Below, one piece after another: positions 55,301 through 64,000 of a stretch of DNA of 64,000 bases. A program made the position numbers and the translations under genes. Origin of the DNA: Perkinsela sp. CCAP 1560/9. Its lineage: Eukaryota; Protista; Euglenozoa: Kinetoplastea. Numbering within the stretch: the first letter of the stretch is position 1; each line of letters opens with the position of its first letter. The DNA lies in the NCBI GenBank assembly GCA_965644495.1, contig CBFFSA010000001.1, positions 3,472,001 to 3,536,000 of the forward strand, in the 5' to 3' direction. Below the pieces are notes generated by a model. The model saw nothing but the letters and a program-made list of their open reading frames with translations, did no database searches and was not told the origin of the DNA.

Positions 55301-55869
55301 TAGAAACGCATCTCTCACGACGAACGCAAATGTTTGAGAAAATGCTATGCGATAGCCGAGCTTTACTGCATATAGCTGAAAAATCTCTTTGCAAAGAAGC
55401 AGAGAGTTGCGAGCGAAATAAGAATATTCTAACCGAAGTGCAGGAACGTGGAAAAGTTGTCGTGGGCGAGGTTAGCTACCAAGCTTCCATTTTTCAGCAA
55501 GAGCGAGATCTTTATATTAAAAAGTATCACTCAGCATGCTATAGAAACGTTCAGGTTGAGCGTAACGTTCATGATGCGAGGCAGAAATATCTTTGCGAAT
55601 ATGAAACGTTGGAAAAATTGCGCGAATCACACAAGGACTTTTTTCTGAAACTTCAGAGCGCCACTGCATCGCGTGAGGATAAATTTCGTATTGCCATCGA
55701 CAATGAAGCGGTAAAATGTCATGAAATGTCTCAGCTTGTCTTGCAATTGAAGAGAGAACTTAAAATTGCCAATGAAAGGCTCTTTACATCAGTTCGCCCG
55801 ACAACTCCGGCACGTAAATCTCGATCCAGTTCTAAAGGAAAGCCATGTGTTTTCGAAGGTAGCACGTAG
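52336..55869 (+). CDS. Long coiled-coil protein (paralogue B)
   Basis: 1177 aa. Shares LMDEIT..RL and KYHSACYRN motifs with 48537. Confidence 0.85.
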   Translation: MSNLDPEHLEVDLSDGSLHTPQRACTSGHATSICRSRYRLGERSASKPIGKLVTTQDQEIKDLRRTLSESQFEARKQTNECERLREQLSNVFRLKQDEATLNRTARETGTVRERKIHRDWIKKAKQEKRTATQLSSANEELKKQISVLVSQLEQERSSWQIKMTEMEGEKESYCQNRIAPAFQELRQTIQERDNAQKSAENSKILFDQLQKDFEELQKALHHTENQLSRSQVQKKELMDEITSLRLGNDSCSEAQKRLAEVTEALVTKDDIMLKLSQENQKLTYLQTNLEKEIGRSAPRCEELKKEVEQLKERGNNLDAQLSAALSENESLRDKNIAISLSLTNVQSRYLTCQGDLHTVEADRDMCKFENKLFKEERETKVEVNKELQEKVHLHCLKEETWDYEKRKFQERSAEESQAKERYLASAQSLEERLLESEQVLCKANGTIKLLQLEAEKEKGEFILIQNSNNKLRVQQEIDKSCIQEISRSLCEAQKDNLELSSSSAATQKELVYLREVHSRTQLETQEVGTRIRKIENELSISKMEAQSLQNSLEEARLIINDTSSEKERLITETHECNSEIRRCRLALADYEMKLDQENHRFQDQEQSLKKGRSEHLALQEQAEKNGKELQGLQMCVTALEGETERLAQEREVYRKELQNCIQKAQKLFTSFLENNAKCVEFEKIVELQESSLKEKDSLYKKMEIKLEMFESQIYEYRKERDAQKRLESDLKSEIRNLSAHCEKLKEKIACNEMEMANLYSTHKSIEEKLLNTAKSLHKENKTSEITRSNLSKALEEKEQTKAALQNSLLKIDSLQGEIGTIRLDFETCQLKNQRLSDDIEKFECDCCIKEQKLFECEESLATKDRLISVTQQKLEESDIQLQSMKSQAEDLKLIEESLRNEVLRTLTLLGNEKSRNSELVHALKISEENEMCCQSKADASGVRVQALQEEIYQATQDKHYVQLSIDRKISEIDGIKIENENYCKNIRSLETHLSRRTQMFEKMLCDSRALLHIAEKSLCKEAESCERNKNILTEVQERGKVVVGEVSYQASIFQQERDLYIKKYHSACYRNVQVERNVHDARQKYLCEYETLEKLRESHKDFFLKLQSATASREDKFRIAIDNEAVKCHEMSQLVLQLKRELKIANERLFTSVRPTTPARKSRSSSKGKPCVFEGST

Positions 55870-56284
55870 GCATTTACTATTCAGGATTCGTTAAAAATGG
55901 TCATCTTTTTAGGTCTTTCTCTTTCATATCATTTTTTTGTATTATTCTTCCGGTGTATGATTTGAGTTAAAGAAGACAAAACGATAATCTAATCATAAAT
56001 TTTAGTCCCTTTCTACTACCCCGTTAAAACTACTTCCTAGGAGCAGCGCGAAATTTTTAAACTTGCTTATGCGCAACACATCTTGCTGCGTAGAAAAAAA
56101 ATCTGCTTTATTGATCTTGTTTTTCTTGCTATTATTTATTTATGCTTTTCAATATTACAAGTTACATGATGTTTATGAGTTTCGATTTTGAATGTTTTAT
56201 CAGTGCCGTGTACTAGACTAGTTTGGAATCTCAGTGGCACGTTAGTACAGTATTAGAACGCATTTTTTTATAAACGTGTATTTG

Positions 56285-57676
56285 ATGCTCTGCATTTCGC
56301 AGTTTTTAGTTTTATCTCCTAAAGGCGATCGTATAGTCTTCAAAGACTACCGCGGTGAACTACCGTCTCAGACGGACGAAATCTTCTTCCGCAAGTACAA
56401 ATTCTGGGACTCAACGCTCAATAAAGAGAAAACCTGTGCCACGCGCAGCACCGAATGTCCCCCTTTCTTTTCCGTAGATGGCATCTTATTTGCCTTTGTG
56501 CGCAAAAATGGTCTTCTCCTCGTCGCCACCTCCTGCCGTAACTACAGCCCCTCTCTCATGGCCGAATTCATCCTACGCCTGGCACAAATCATGAAAGACT
56601 ACCTCGGGGTACTTAACGAGGAGGTCCTTCGACAAACCCCCTTCCTTCTCTATGAAATCCTCGAAGAAGCCGTCGACTACGGCTACCTCCAAGACCCCGG
56701 ACCCGAGCGTCTCCGTGCCCTGCTGTGCGAGACCGCCTACCTCACCCCCCCCGACCGCACCCCCTCCCCCTCCCCCATCGCCTCCCTTCGCTCCGCGGTC
56801 GCCCAGAACCTGTTCCTGGACCACACCCGGCACGGCACCGCGGCCCAGGTCTCGCTGCTCACCGCCTCCGCGGAGCGCCGCAATGAGATCTACGTCGACC
56901 TCGTGGAGCGCCTCGCGCTTACGCTCACCCCCGCGGGGAGCTGTGTCGCGGGGGAGATCGAGGGGGCCGTCGTGATGAAGTCCCTCCTCGGGGGGCTCCC
57001 CCAGCTGCGTGTGGCGTTTGGGGAGGAGGGGGTGGGGGGAGGGGGCGTCGGTTCTCGTGCTCAAGCCTCTCCGGTGAGCTTCCGTGGGGTAAGCTTTGGG
57101 GATCGTGTGGATAGTGCCGCGTTTGAGAACTCCCGAGTGTTATCGTTTTACCCCTGCGATGGGGAGTTTGTGGTGATGAAGTATCGGGTGGCGGCGCCGG
57201 CGACGGTTCCGTTTCGTGTGGTTCCGGAGTTAAGGAGTCCGGGGGTGTATAAGCTGGAGTTGGGGCTGCGTATCCGTGCGTTGTTTGGGGAACATCTGCA
57301 GGGGACGGAGGTAGAGGTACGGGTTCCAGTACCAGCGTGTACGACTAGTGTGGTGGTGGAGGTGGATAAGCCGGCGCCGGCGACGCACTCGTATGAGTAC
57401 ATAGAGGCTCAGAAATGTTGTGTTTGGCGAATACAAACGTTTCCTGGAGAGGCCGAGTTCGGGTGTACCATGCGTATGTCGCTTGGGACGGTTGTCACAG
57501 CAACTGTGGAGAAGGAGGTGGGACCCGTAGTGTTGGACTTTGAGATACCTAATTACAGTACCAGTGGGTTGTGCATCCGTTCGCTTCAGATCGAGGAAAA
57601 AAGTAAATCATACAATCCCTCAAAGTGGATACGAAGCTTTACTCGAGGTTCGAGTTATGAGTGTCGTGTTCGATAG
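56285..57676 (+). CDS. AP4M1: Adaptor protein complex mu subunit, AP-4 type
   Basis: ISQFLVLSPKGD.IVFKDYRG longin start, NEIYVDLVE, DGEFVVMKYR, FEIP...SGL.IR and KWIR. Confidence 0.8.
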   Translation: MLCISQFLVLSPKGDRIVFKDYRGELPSQTDEIFFRKYKFWDSTLNKEKTCATRSTECPPFFSVDGILFAFVRKNGLLLVATSCRNYSPSLMAEFILRLAQIMKDYLGVLNEEVLRQTPFLLYEILEEAVDYGYLQDPGPERLRALLCETAYLTPPDRTPSPSPIASLRSAVAQNLFLDHTRHGTAAQVSLLTASAERRNEIYVDLVERLALTLTPAGSCVAGEIEGAVVMKSLLGGLPQLRVAFGEEGVGGGGVGSRAQASPVSFRGVSFGDRVDSAAFENSRVLSFYPCDGEFVVMKYRVAAPATVPFRVVPELRSPGVYKLELGLRIRALFGEHLQGTEVEVRVPVPACTTSVVVEVDKPAPATHSYEYIEAQKCCVWRIQTFPGEAEFGCTMRMSLGTVVTATVEKEVGPVVLDFEIPNYSTSGLCIRSLQIEEKSKSYNPSKWIRSFTRGSSYECRVR

Positions 57677-58368
57677 GTCCAGTTTGTGTTGTGATGTAGT
57701 ATGATCACTAAAGCAGGCGGCGGAGATGCTATTGAAGGGTTTGGAGGTCACCAGATTTTTATGTTGTTAAGGTCTGAAGAAGAAAGAAATCGGGTTACTA
57801 AAAGTGGTCCCTCTATAGGGTCATGTGCTTCACTGGACTTTTGACTGAACAAAATTGGATACCAATTAACCTTGCAACGTTGCATAGAATCTCTCAGCAT
57901 TACAACCTCCGTGCAAGCGTAGTGATGAAGGGTTCTCGGAATAGGTGCCAAAGCATTTGGCGAACGCTTTACGAGTCTCCCGTTTGCTTGAAAGACACGC
58001 TGGTAACACAGCGAATTGCTTTTCGTTGTCTTTCAAGTGAATTACACATAATGATACACGTAGAGCTATCTCACCATTGAACAATTCACTCCGCACTTTG
58101 AAATAATGTATCTTTTTTGTCCGCATGATGCTTTCCTTAGGAATCAAAAATGTCAAGAGTGGAATATCCCCTAAATTGCTTAAACCTAAAATTTGAGTGG
58201 CTGAAACATAAAAAATTAACCTTTTTAACCATTTTAAAAATGGTTCGAATTAATAAGTATTTACATTTAAAATTCTAGGATTTATCATTATAGACTAGAA
58301 ATTGTCTGGAGAGGGCGGCACACGCATGACTTCTCCATGTCGTTATTAACTTTTAGTTCTCGCAGTTA

Positions 58369-59283
58369 ATGACTACTCCCATCCTTATTAGACGTCTTGT
58401 CGCACTGACTCCTACGTGCAGACAGCAAGCACAACCGTTTTTCTTCACGACTACGCGCTATGTCACCGAATTCTACGACAAAAACGACATCCCACATACT
58501 CCTAGTGGAGGTGATCCTTACATTATCTTTGGTCTTCATCCCGCTTCAGCAACGCTCAAAATAATTGCAAAGCAATACAAACGTCTGGTCGTAGAAAATC
58601 ATCCTGACCGTCCCGGGGGGAGTACTGAAAAAATGGTAGAGATCAACGCGGCGTATAAAATTCTAAAAGAAAACCACGAGCGAATTCGCGCTCACATCAA
58701 GCGCACTGCGCACACACCCCGTCAAGCCGCGGAACACTCTCGGTCCTTTTACGAGAAAGCTAAGGCGCAACGCGAGGAGACTTTACATCGCTCAGGGGGA
58801 ATTCGCGACACGGACAGTGAGGCATGGAAATCCCAGCGTAGCTCTCGCGAACGGTGGGCTCGATTTGAAAAGGAGACACGCCATGCTGTGGAGTGCATGA
58901 AGGCTCGTTTTGACCTCGCATGCATACAAGGGTTGCACATGCGCAAACCGCGCAGTTTATCTGAACTTGTGGCACGAGAGAGGTGGTTGCGTCGGGGCTA
59001 CATACAGGAAATGAGATCTGCGGTTCAGAAATTGAGCTTAGATCAGTCCTCTGATTCGCTTCGAAGACGAGTAGAAGAGTTTGGCACGGCGATGGAGCGG
59101 GAATTGGTTGCTTCTATAGAGAAAAAGGAAAAAGAAATAGGACGTGCGAATTGGTATCAAAGCCTACGTACGGCATCCGGAGTCGTTCTTATTCTTGGTG
59201 GATGCGTCCTACTTGTCTACTGGTACATTTTTATTCGATATATTCCCAATACTTTCTTTATGAAATACAAGGACGCCATGTAA
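58369..59283 (+). CDS. J-domain protein with C-terminal membrane anchor, probably mitochondrial
   Basis: DPYIIFGL...HPDRPGGS...INAAY, a presequence-like N-terminus and a hydrophobic C-terminal helix. Confidence 0.88.
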   Translation: MTTPILIRRLVALTPTCRQQAQPFFFTTTRYVTEFYDKNDIPHTPSGGDPYIIFGLHPASATLKIIAKQYKRLVVENHPDRPGGSTEKMVEINAAYKILKENHERIRAHIKRTAHTPRQAAEHSRSFYEKAKAQREETLHRSGGIRDTDSEAWKSQRSSRERWARFEKETRHAVECMKARFDLACIQGLHMRKPRSLSELVARERWLRRGYIQEMRSAVQKLSLDQSSDSLRRRVEEFGTAMERELVASIEKKEKEIGRANWYQSLRTASGVVLILGGCVLLVYWYIFIRYIPNTFFMKYKDAM

Positions 59284-59538
59284 AAGAAGTACCTTCTGTT
59301 CATCAGGTAAGTTTTCACACGGCGGGCGGCGTTATACAGCAAGATACTTTGTAGCGCTCGCCTTGTTAAAACATGAAGGGGGGAAAACATAAGGATGTAA
59401 ATAATCATCCCACCGCAATTACAGCAAAACACGTCATAAATAACATGGACAACAAAACATTAATTTTTCTTTGTTTTTTAAAACAAATTTTTCTTATTCA
59501 TCATTTTTTCTTACTGCGGTGAGACCATTCTTTTATTT

Positions 59539-59910
59539 ATGGCATCACGTCTTGGTAACAGTGGTCTAGGAAATCAATTTTCTGTTACTAAATTTGGAAA
59601 GCCAAGTTTTCCTTACCCTGTTCCTACTGGAGACAAAGAGCGACTTCGCTTGGCTAATCAAAAACACATCCAACAGGACACAAGCCGAGAAAAGGTGTAC
59701 ACATTTTGTAAGAAATGCGGCAACACTCGAATGACTGTGAACTTTAACAATCTTCCCAGTGCTCGTATCGGTCTATGGACAAAATGTCGAAATGGTATGG
59801 ACTATCGACATCACGTTTGGGTACAAATACTTCGGGAAGATTATATTAAAATGAAAGAAATGGAATTGAAGGAACGTCTGAATTACTATATTTTTGACAG
59901 GGATGAATAA
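59539..59910 (+). CDS. Small basic protein with possible Zn-binding residues (CxxC...C...HH)
   Basis: 123 aa ORF after a pyrimidine tract. Family not recognised. Confidence 0.7.
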   Translation: MASRLGNSGLGNQFSVTKFGKPSFPYPVPTGDKERLRLANQKHIQQDTSREKVYTFCKKCGNTRMTVNFNNLPSARIGLWTKCRNGMDYRHHVWVQILREDYIKMKEMELKERLNYYIFDRDE

Positions 59911-60405
59911 AGATGAACATGTTTGCAACAACCCTAAAATACGTTTAATGCAAACAGTTCAATATCGCATCATTTATTGTGATACAATTGTGCGTTGAAG
60001 TGCATTGAATTTTATTCAATGCGCTTAGTTCATGCAGTTACACTGCGTGCTGCGTTTTCCATTGGGCATTACATGTCCACAAAGCTATATTTCATTATAG
60101 TTCCGTCAATTTTCAGGAGAATCCGGAAGTATTGCGTGCGAATGTCCCGAAGCCAGGCACACCTGAGCGCGAACATTCAATTTACCTCATACTAGTGCCA
60201 TCCCCATTTACACTTGTGTATGTGGGGTGAACACCCCTTTATACTTCCGTTATATCAAAATCCATTCGAATATCGCAAAACAGTATCTCGCAATGCTTTC
60301 CAAATGTCTTTTGATTTGTCCTAATTTTCTGTTGTATCAGGTCGATGACCAGAGTCCGTCGTGTAGAGACAATGAATTTTTGTTCTGAGTAAATCCTTGT
60401 TCAAT

Positions 60406-61806
60406 ATGCCACCTGATTTCACAACGGAAATTGTATCAAAAATGGGAGCTGCCGGATGCTCGACTTTATGTATTAAATCCTTTTTACAATCACGAAAAAG
60501 GGTTAAAGAAACAGAATCTTATATATCCGAAATTTCTATCTGTCCTGTGCGTGATATTCTCTGTTACGAATCTTTGTCAACCGGTCAAACTGACAACCAG
60601 AAATCTGCTGCATGCGCTGTCCTAAAACTTAACGGTGGTCTTGGAACCTCTATGGGTTTGCAAGGGGCTAAATCTCTGATAGAAGTAAAACCAGGAGCTT
60701 CTTTTCTTGATATTATACTCCAACAATTGACTTCTATAACACCTACTCCGCATCTACTATTGTTAAACTCGGTACAATCTCAAAAATCGGTTCAAGATTA
60801 TCTCAACAATACGCATAGCTCTTCTTCCGGGGGTTCCTTATCCGTTACGCCATTGACGCAACACAATGTACCCCGACTGGCACCAGATGGCAAACCAATA
60901 TCGTGGATGAAGGATCCAGCGGAGGAGTGGTGTCCACCAGGTCACGGCAATCTCTACACTGTTCTTTACGAAACCGGAAAACTTGAAACCTTGTTGTCCC
61001 GTGGTTACGAATGTATATTTATTTCCAATAGCGATAACCTGGGAGCTACACTCGACACGAAGATACTCGAATATTTTATGGAATCTTCACATTGTTTCCT
61101 GATGGAAGTCTGCATGCGTCAGAAGAGAGATCGCAAAGGAGGACATTTGGCTCACAACATAGAAACAGGTGGTCTTGTTTTGCGTGAGAAGGCTCAGTGT
61201 GATGAAAGCGATATGTCTTTCTTTGAGGATATTGATAAGCATTCATATTTCAACACAAACAATCTATGGGTCAAAACACGACAGCTATATCACGTTCTGA
61301 AAGAGTCTGGCGGAGTGTTGCCTTTGCCCGTAATCCGGAATCCCAAAATTATAGGACACGGTAGCCAAGAGGAGAGACAACTGAGTTGGCAATTGGAGAC
61401 TGCAGCAGGGTCAGCCATATCTGTGTTAGGCTTACGCTCCGCTGCTATTTCTGTTCCTAGGAACAGGTTTCGTCCCGTGAAGCATCTTTCTGACTTATTA
61501 GTACTTCGGAGTGACGCGTATGCGATCACTCCGGATGGAGAACTACAGCTTTTGGCACCCGGCGAAGGCCCCGACGTACAGTTGGATGAACAGTACCGCA
61601 CTCTAGAAGATATAGAGGATCTCACTCCTTTTGGAGTGCCTAGTCTAAGGTATTGTACTAGCTTAAGAATTCGGGGGAAGGTGATTTTTGAATCTGGAGT
61701 GATTATTCGGGGTGAGGTAATCATTGAGAACGAGAGACCAAATTTCAGATGTGTGGTGCAGGAAAACTGTTATGAGAATACCAATGTCGTATTTTCTTCT
61801 CACTAA
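60406..61806 (+). CDS. UGP: UTP-glucose-1-phosphate uridylyltransferase (UGPase)
   Basis: LKLNGGLGTSMGL.GAKS, WCPPGHGNLY, SNSDNLGA, FNTNNLW and RFRPVK motifs. Confidence 0.95.
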   Translation: MPPDFTTEIVSKMGAAGCSTLCIKSFLQSRKRVKETESYISEISICPVRDILCYESLSTGQTDNQKSAACAVLKLNGGLGTSMGLQGAKSLIEVKPGASFLDIILQQLTSITPTPHLLLLNSVQSQKSVQDYLNNTHSSSSGGSLSVTPLTQHNVPRLAPDGKPISWMKDPAEEWCPPGHGNLYTVLYETGKLETLLSRGYECIFISNSDNLGATLDTKILEYFMESSHCFLMEVCMRQKRDRKGGHLAHNIETGGLVLREKAQCDESDMSFFEDIDKHSYFNTNNLWVKTRQLYHVLKESGGVLPLPVIRNPKIIGHGSQEERQLSWQLETAAGSAISVLGLRSAAISVPRNRFRPVKHLSDLLVLRSDAYAITPDGELQLLAPGEGPDVQLDEQYRTLEDIEDLTPFGVPSLRYCTSLRIRGKVIFESGVIIRGEVIIENERPNFRCVVQENCYENTNVVFSSH

Positions 61807-61976
61807 GTTGCTTACATGAGATAACGATTTCTGTAGATATTGTTTACAGAAATCTTTTTTAGTAAAGATACAATATTAAAAGTACTTTTTTCACTTGTGG
61901 AATGCAACGATATTCGATCGCCTAAGCTTACACTATACTTTTTCAGTGCAAAGTGGGTAGTTTTTTATATTTCTTT

Positions 61977-63449
61977 ATGGGCGACAAACATTACCTTTAT
62001 GTGCACAATTGCTCACCTGCCATATCGGAGTCAGAACTGCGAGCAATTTTTGGATGTATCGGTCATGTTGAATCTCTCCGTAGACAATTTGATGCTCAGC
62101 ACAATACTTTTCATTGGCTAGTTGAATACGTCGATGAACAGAAGGTTGCGACTGCAATTGATGCGCTACAGGGATATGAACTTCTTGGCATTCCACTTCA
62201 GTTGTGTTCTAGCCAAAGATCTCCAATACCAGTGGAACTTGCTCCAACTTCAGCTGAACCAGCCATTCCTTCGTCCGCTAAATTAAAAATCGTTGGTTTA
62301 CACTACTTGGATGAACAGATGCGTACATTCTTGGATTTGGATCTTAAAGACCATATTCAGAGAAACGAAGCTCGAATTATTGAACTGACGCAGCAATTAC
62401 AAAATTTTGATCCGGTTCCGGCACATAGAGTCCCCTTTCTGTCTGCAAATTGTGTAACTCTTCATAAAGTCTCTAATGAAATTACGAGAGAAGCACTAGA
62501 AAGTGCCATTGGGAGTCTTTGGCGGGATTCAATGTACGCTATCGAATGCCCATGTGATGATCCCATGAGTAGGCATTGGTTAATAGATTTGGGTAATACA
62601 GCAAACGTTAAAAAAATTATACAGTGTCAAGTTTTGCGACTTCGGGATAACCCTCCGACCAGTGCCTTGTTACGTCTCCCAATTGAAAGTGAGGTCAAAT
62701 ATGCGAGAAGTCAAGTGTACCCGGAAGAGAATGCGTCTTCCGAATATACTGCATTCGCAAAGGCACAAAAAAGCGAATCTCTCGCTTCAATTAACGAAGG
62801 AGGAAAGATGACTGCACATCTAATTAAAGCGAAATCTGCAGAAGAGAATTTGTCAACGCGTGAGAGAACATCCGAAATAACGGAAGGTGCAGTAGTCTTA
62901 GATGATGCACATATTAAGAAGGGGTCTTCTAGTTTGCCGCGTTATAATCAACCTTTGCGTAGTTCTGCTTCTACTTCTAGGGATAAAAAAGCAAATGAGG
63001 CGTACCATTACTCGGCTTCTACTTACAAAAGGAAGACCAGTTTATCTTCAGAAGAGTTGTCACCTCTAAGTCAAAATCAGATGAACCGGTCGCACAGCCG
63101 CAGTCCTAGACGCCGCAGCCCTCGTAGACACGATCAAAGAAGTTACAGTCCTAGACGCCGAAGTCCTCGCAAACGCGAACATAGAAGTCGAACACCCAGA
63201 AATCGTAGTCCCAGAAAACATAGCTCTCGAGACCGTAGTTCTTGTAGTCGAAATTCCAATAGGTATAGTTACCATCGAAGATCTCGAAGTCGTACGCCAC
63301 CCAGAAGATACTCGCGGCATTCTCGCAGTCCGACAAGGAAAATATCGAGTGGGAGCAAGTATCGCAGTCCCACACCGACGAAAAGAAGTCGACAACGACA
63401 TTACGAGCGTGTCTCGAGTCGCCACAATACTCACGGGAAAAGCTATTAG
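61977..63449 (+). CDS. RRM plus RS-domain (SR-related) protein
   Basis: N-terminal RRM (LYVHNC...ELRAIF) and C-terminal RSP/SR repeats. Confidence 0.8.
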   Translation: MGDKHYLYVHNCSPAISESELRAIFGCIGHVESLRRQFDAQHNTFHWLVEYVDEQKVATAIDALQGYELLGIPLQLCSSQRSPIPVELAPTSAEPAIPSSAKLKIVGLHYLDEQMRTFLDLDLKDHIQRNEARIIELTQQLQNFDPVPAHRVPFLSANCVTLHKVSNEITREALESAIGSLWRDSMYAIECPCDDPMSRHWLIDLGNTANVKKIIQCQVLRLRDNPPTSALLRLPIESEVKYARSQVYPEENASSEYTAFAKAQKSESLASINEGGKMTAHLIKAKSAEENLSTRERTSEITEGAVVLDDAHIKKGSSSLPRYNQPLRSSASTSRDKKANEAYHYSASTYKRKTSLSSEELSPLSQNQMNRSHSRSPRRRSPRRHDQRSYSPRRRSPRKREHRSRTPRNRSPRKHSSRDRSSCSRNSNRYSYHRRSRSRTPPRRYSRHSRSPTRKISSGSKYRSPTPTKRSRQRHYERVSSRHNTHGKSY

Positions 63450-63772
63450 ACTTTGCTTTAGTCGGACATTTTTTTGCTATAGATTTCTTCACGTTAGCAC
63501 ATGACACTACTTATTGAGGATTCTTAAAGTTTTATTACTCTAGTTACAGATGGGTAGACTTTGGATGCTTCTTCAGATTTTCACTTACACATTAAAATCT
63601 CTTTAAAATGTGTCTGTGCTTCTACACGATGCTATTCTACACGATACTCTGAGCACTACTCAAACTCGAAAAGCAAAGCAAGCGAGTTAGCGTAGCATGC
63701 CGCTCGTGTTCTTGGAGCTTTAGTGCTGAAGAATATTTACCAAAAAACTCAAGTGTTCAAGCAACGTCTTCC

Positions 63773-64000
63773 ATGGGACTTAATGTACCACGGGCAATAC
63801 GAGGCATGTTGGGACCTTCTGTCGTATCTTCGCTTAATTCTCTTTTTGAGAACGAGCATTGGGTTCCTCCACGGGCTCTTGAGCGTCACCTAAATGCCCT
63901 TGATCAATCCCTTCTCTCTTTGCAAGATTTACTTCGTGATGATTCAAGATGGGAATCACGAGATTTCATGAAAGCGAGAAATGAGGTATTGCGTGACGTG
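63773..64000 (+). CDS. Possible CDS start truncated by the window edge
   Basis: Frame is open from ATG 63773 to the end of the window. Confidence 0.35.
   Translation, partial: MGLNVPRAIRGMLGPSVVSSLNSLFENEHWVPPRALERHLNALDQSLLSLQDLLRDDSRWESRDFMKARNEVLRDV

Noticed and set aside
1-64000. tRNA, rRNA or spliced-leader RNA genes
   Set aside because: None recognised by eye. A tRNAscan-SE or Infernal run is needed to exclude them.

Overview
Compact eukaryotic nuclear DNA with kinetoplastid-type organisation. About 35 intron-less host genes all lie on the + strand, like one polycistronic gene cluster, many preceded by pyrimidine-rich tracts. Recognisable genes: SNRNP40-like WD40, NOM1/Sgd1-like MIF4G, RPL7A, a CCCH zinc finger, RAD23, mitochondrial ACP, a Kv channel, four histone H1 genes lacking the globular domain, V-ATPase subunit e, an ADO/PCO dioxygenase, a PhyH-type dioxygenase, an FtsJ-type cap 2'-O-methyltransferase, a C2H2-UBA-PUB protein, uL15m, a Trf4-like polymerase, AP-4 mu, a J-protein, UGPase and an SR-like protein. 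There are also three members of a short LRR family and two tandem paralogue pairs. Gene style, globular-less H1, the LRR family and Merlin elements suggest a kinetoplastid, possibly a Perkinsela-like prokinetoplastid (inference). Three transposon-rich islands (about 4.5-7.7, 34.1-35.8 and 38.4-45.0 kb) interrupt the cluster. They hold a Merlin-in-Merlin nest with two intact 8-bp TSDs, a second decayed Merlin, a Tc1/mariner remnant, an IR/DR-type TIR element with a Ulp1-like protease motif, the 3' end of an RLE-type (CRE/SLACS-like) retroposon, a broken bacterial-type pRiA4b-ORF3 gene and several fold-backs. The most unusual signal is a set of GC-rich islands where the + strand switches abruptly from C/A-rich to G/T-rich in the middle of conserved genes (near 9.8, 30.9, 45.6 and 56.9 kb), the polarity expected at bidirectional replication origins. 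All family assignments come from motif recognition by eye; no database searches were run.
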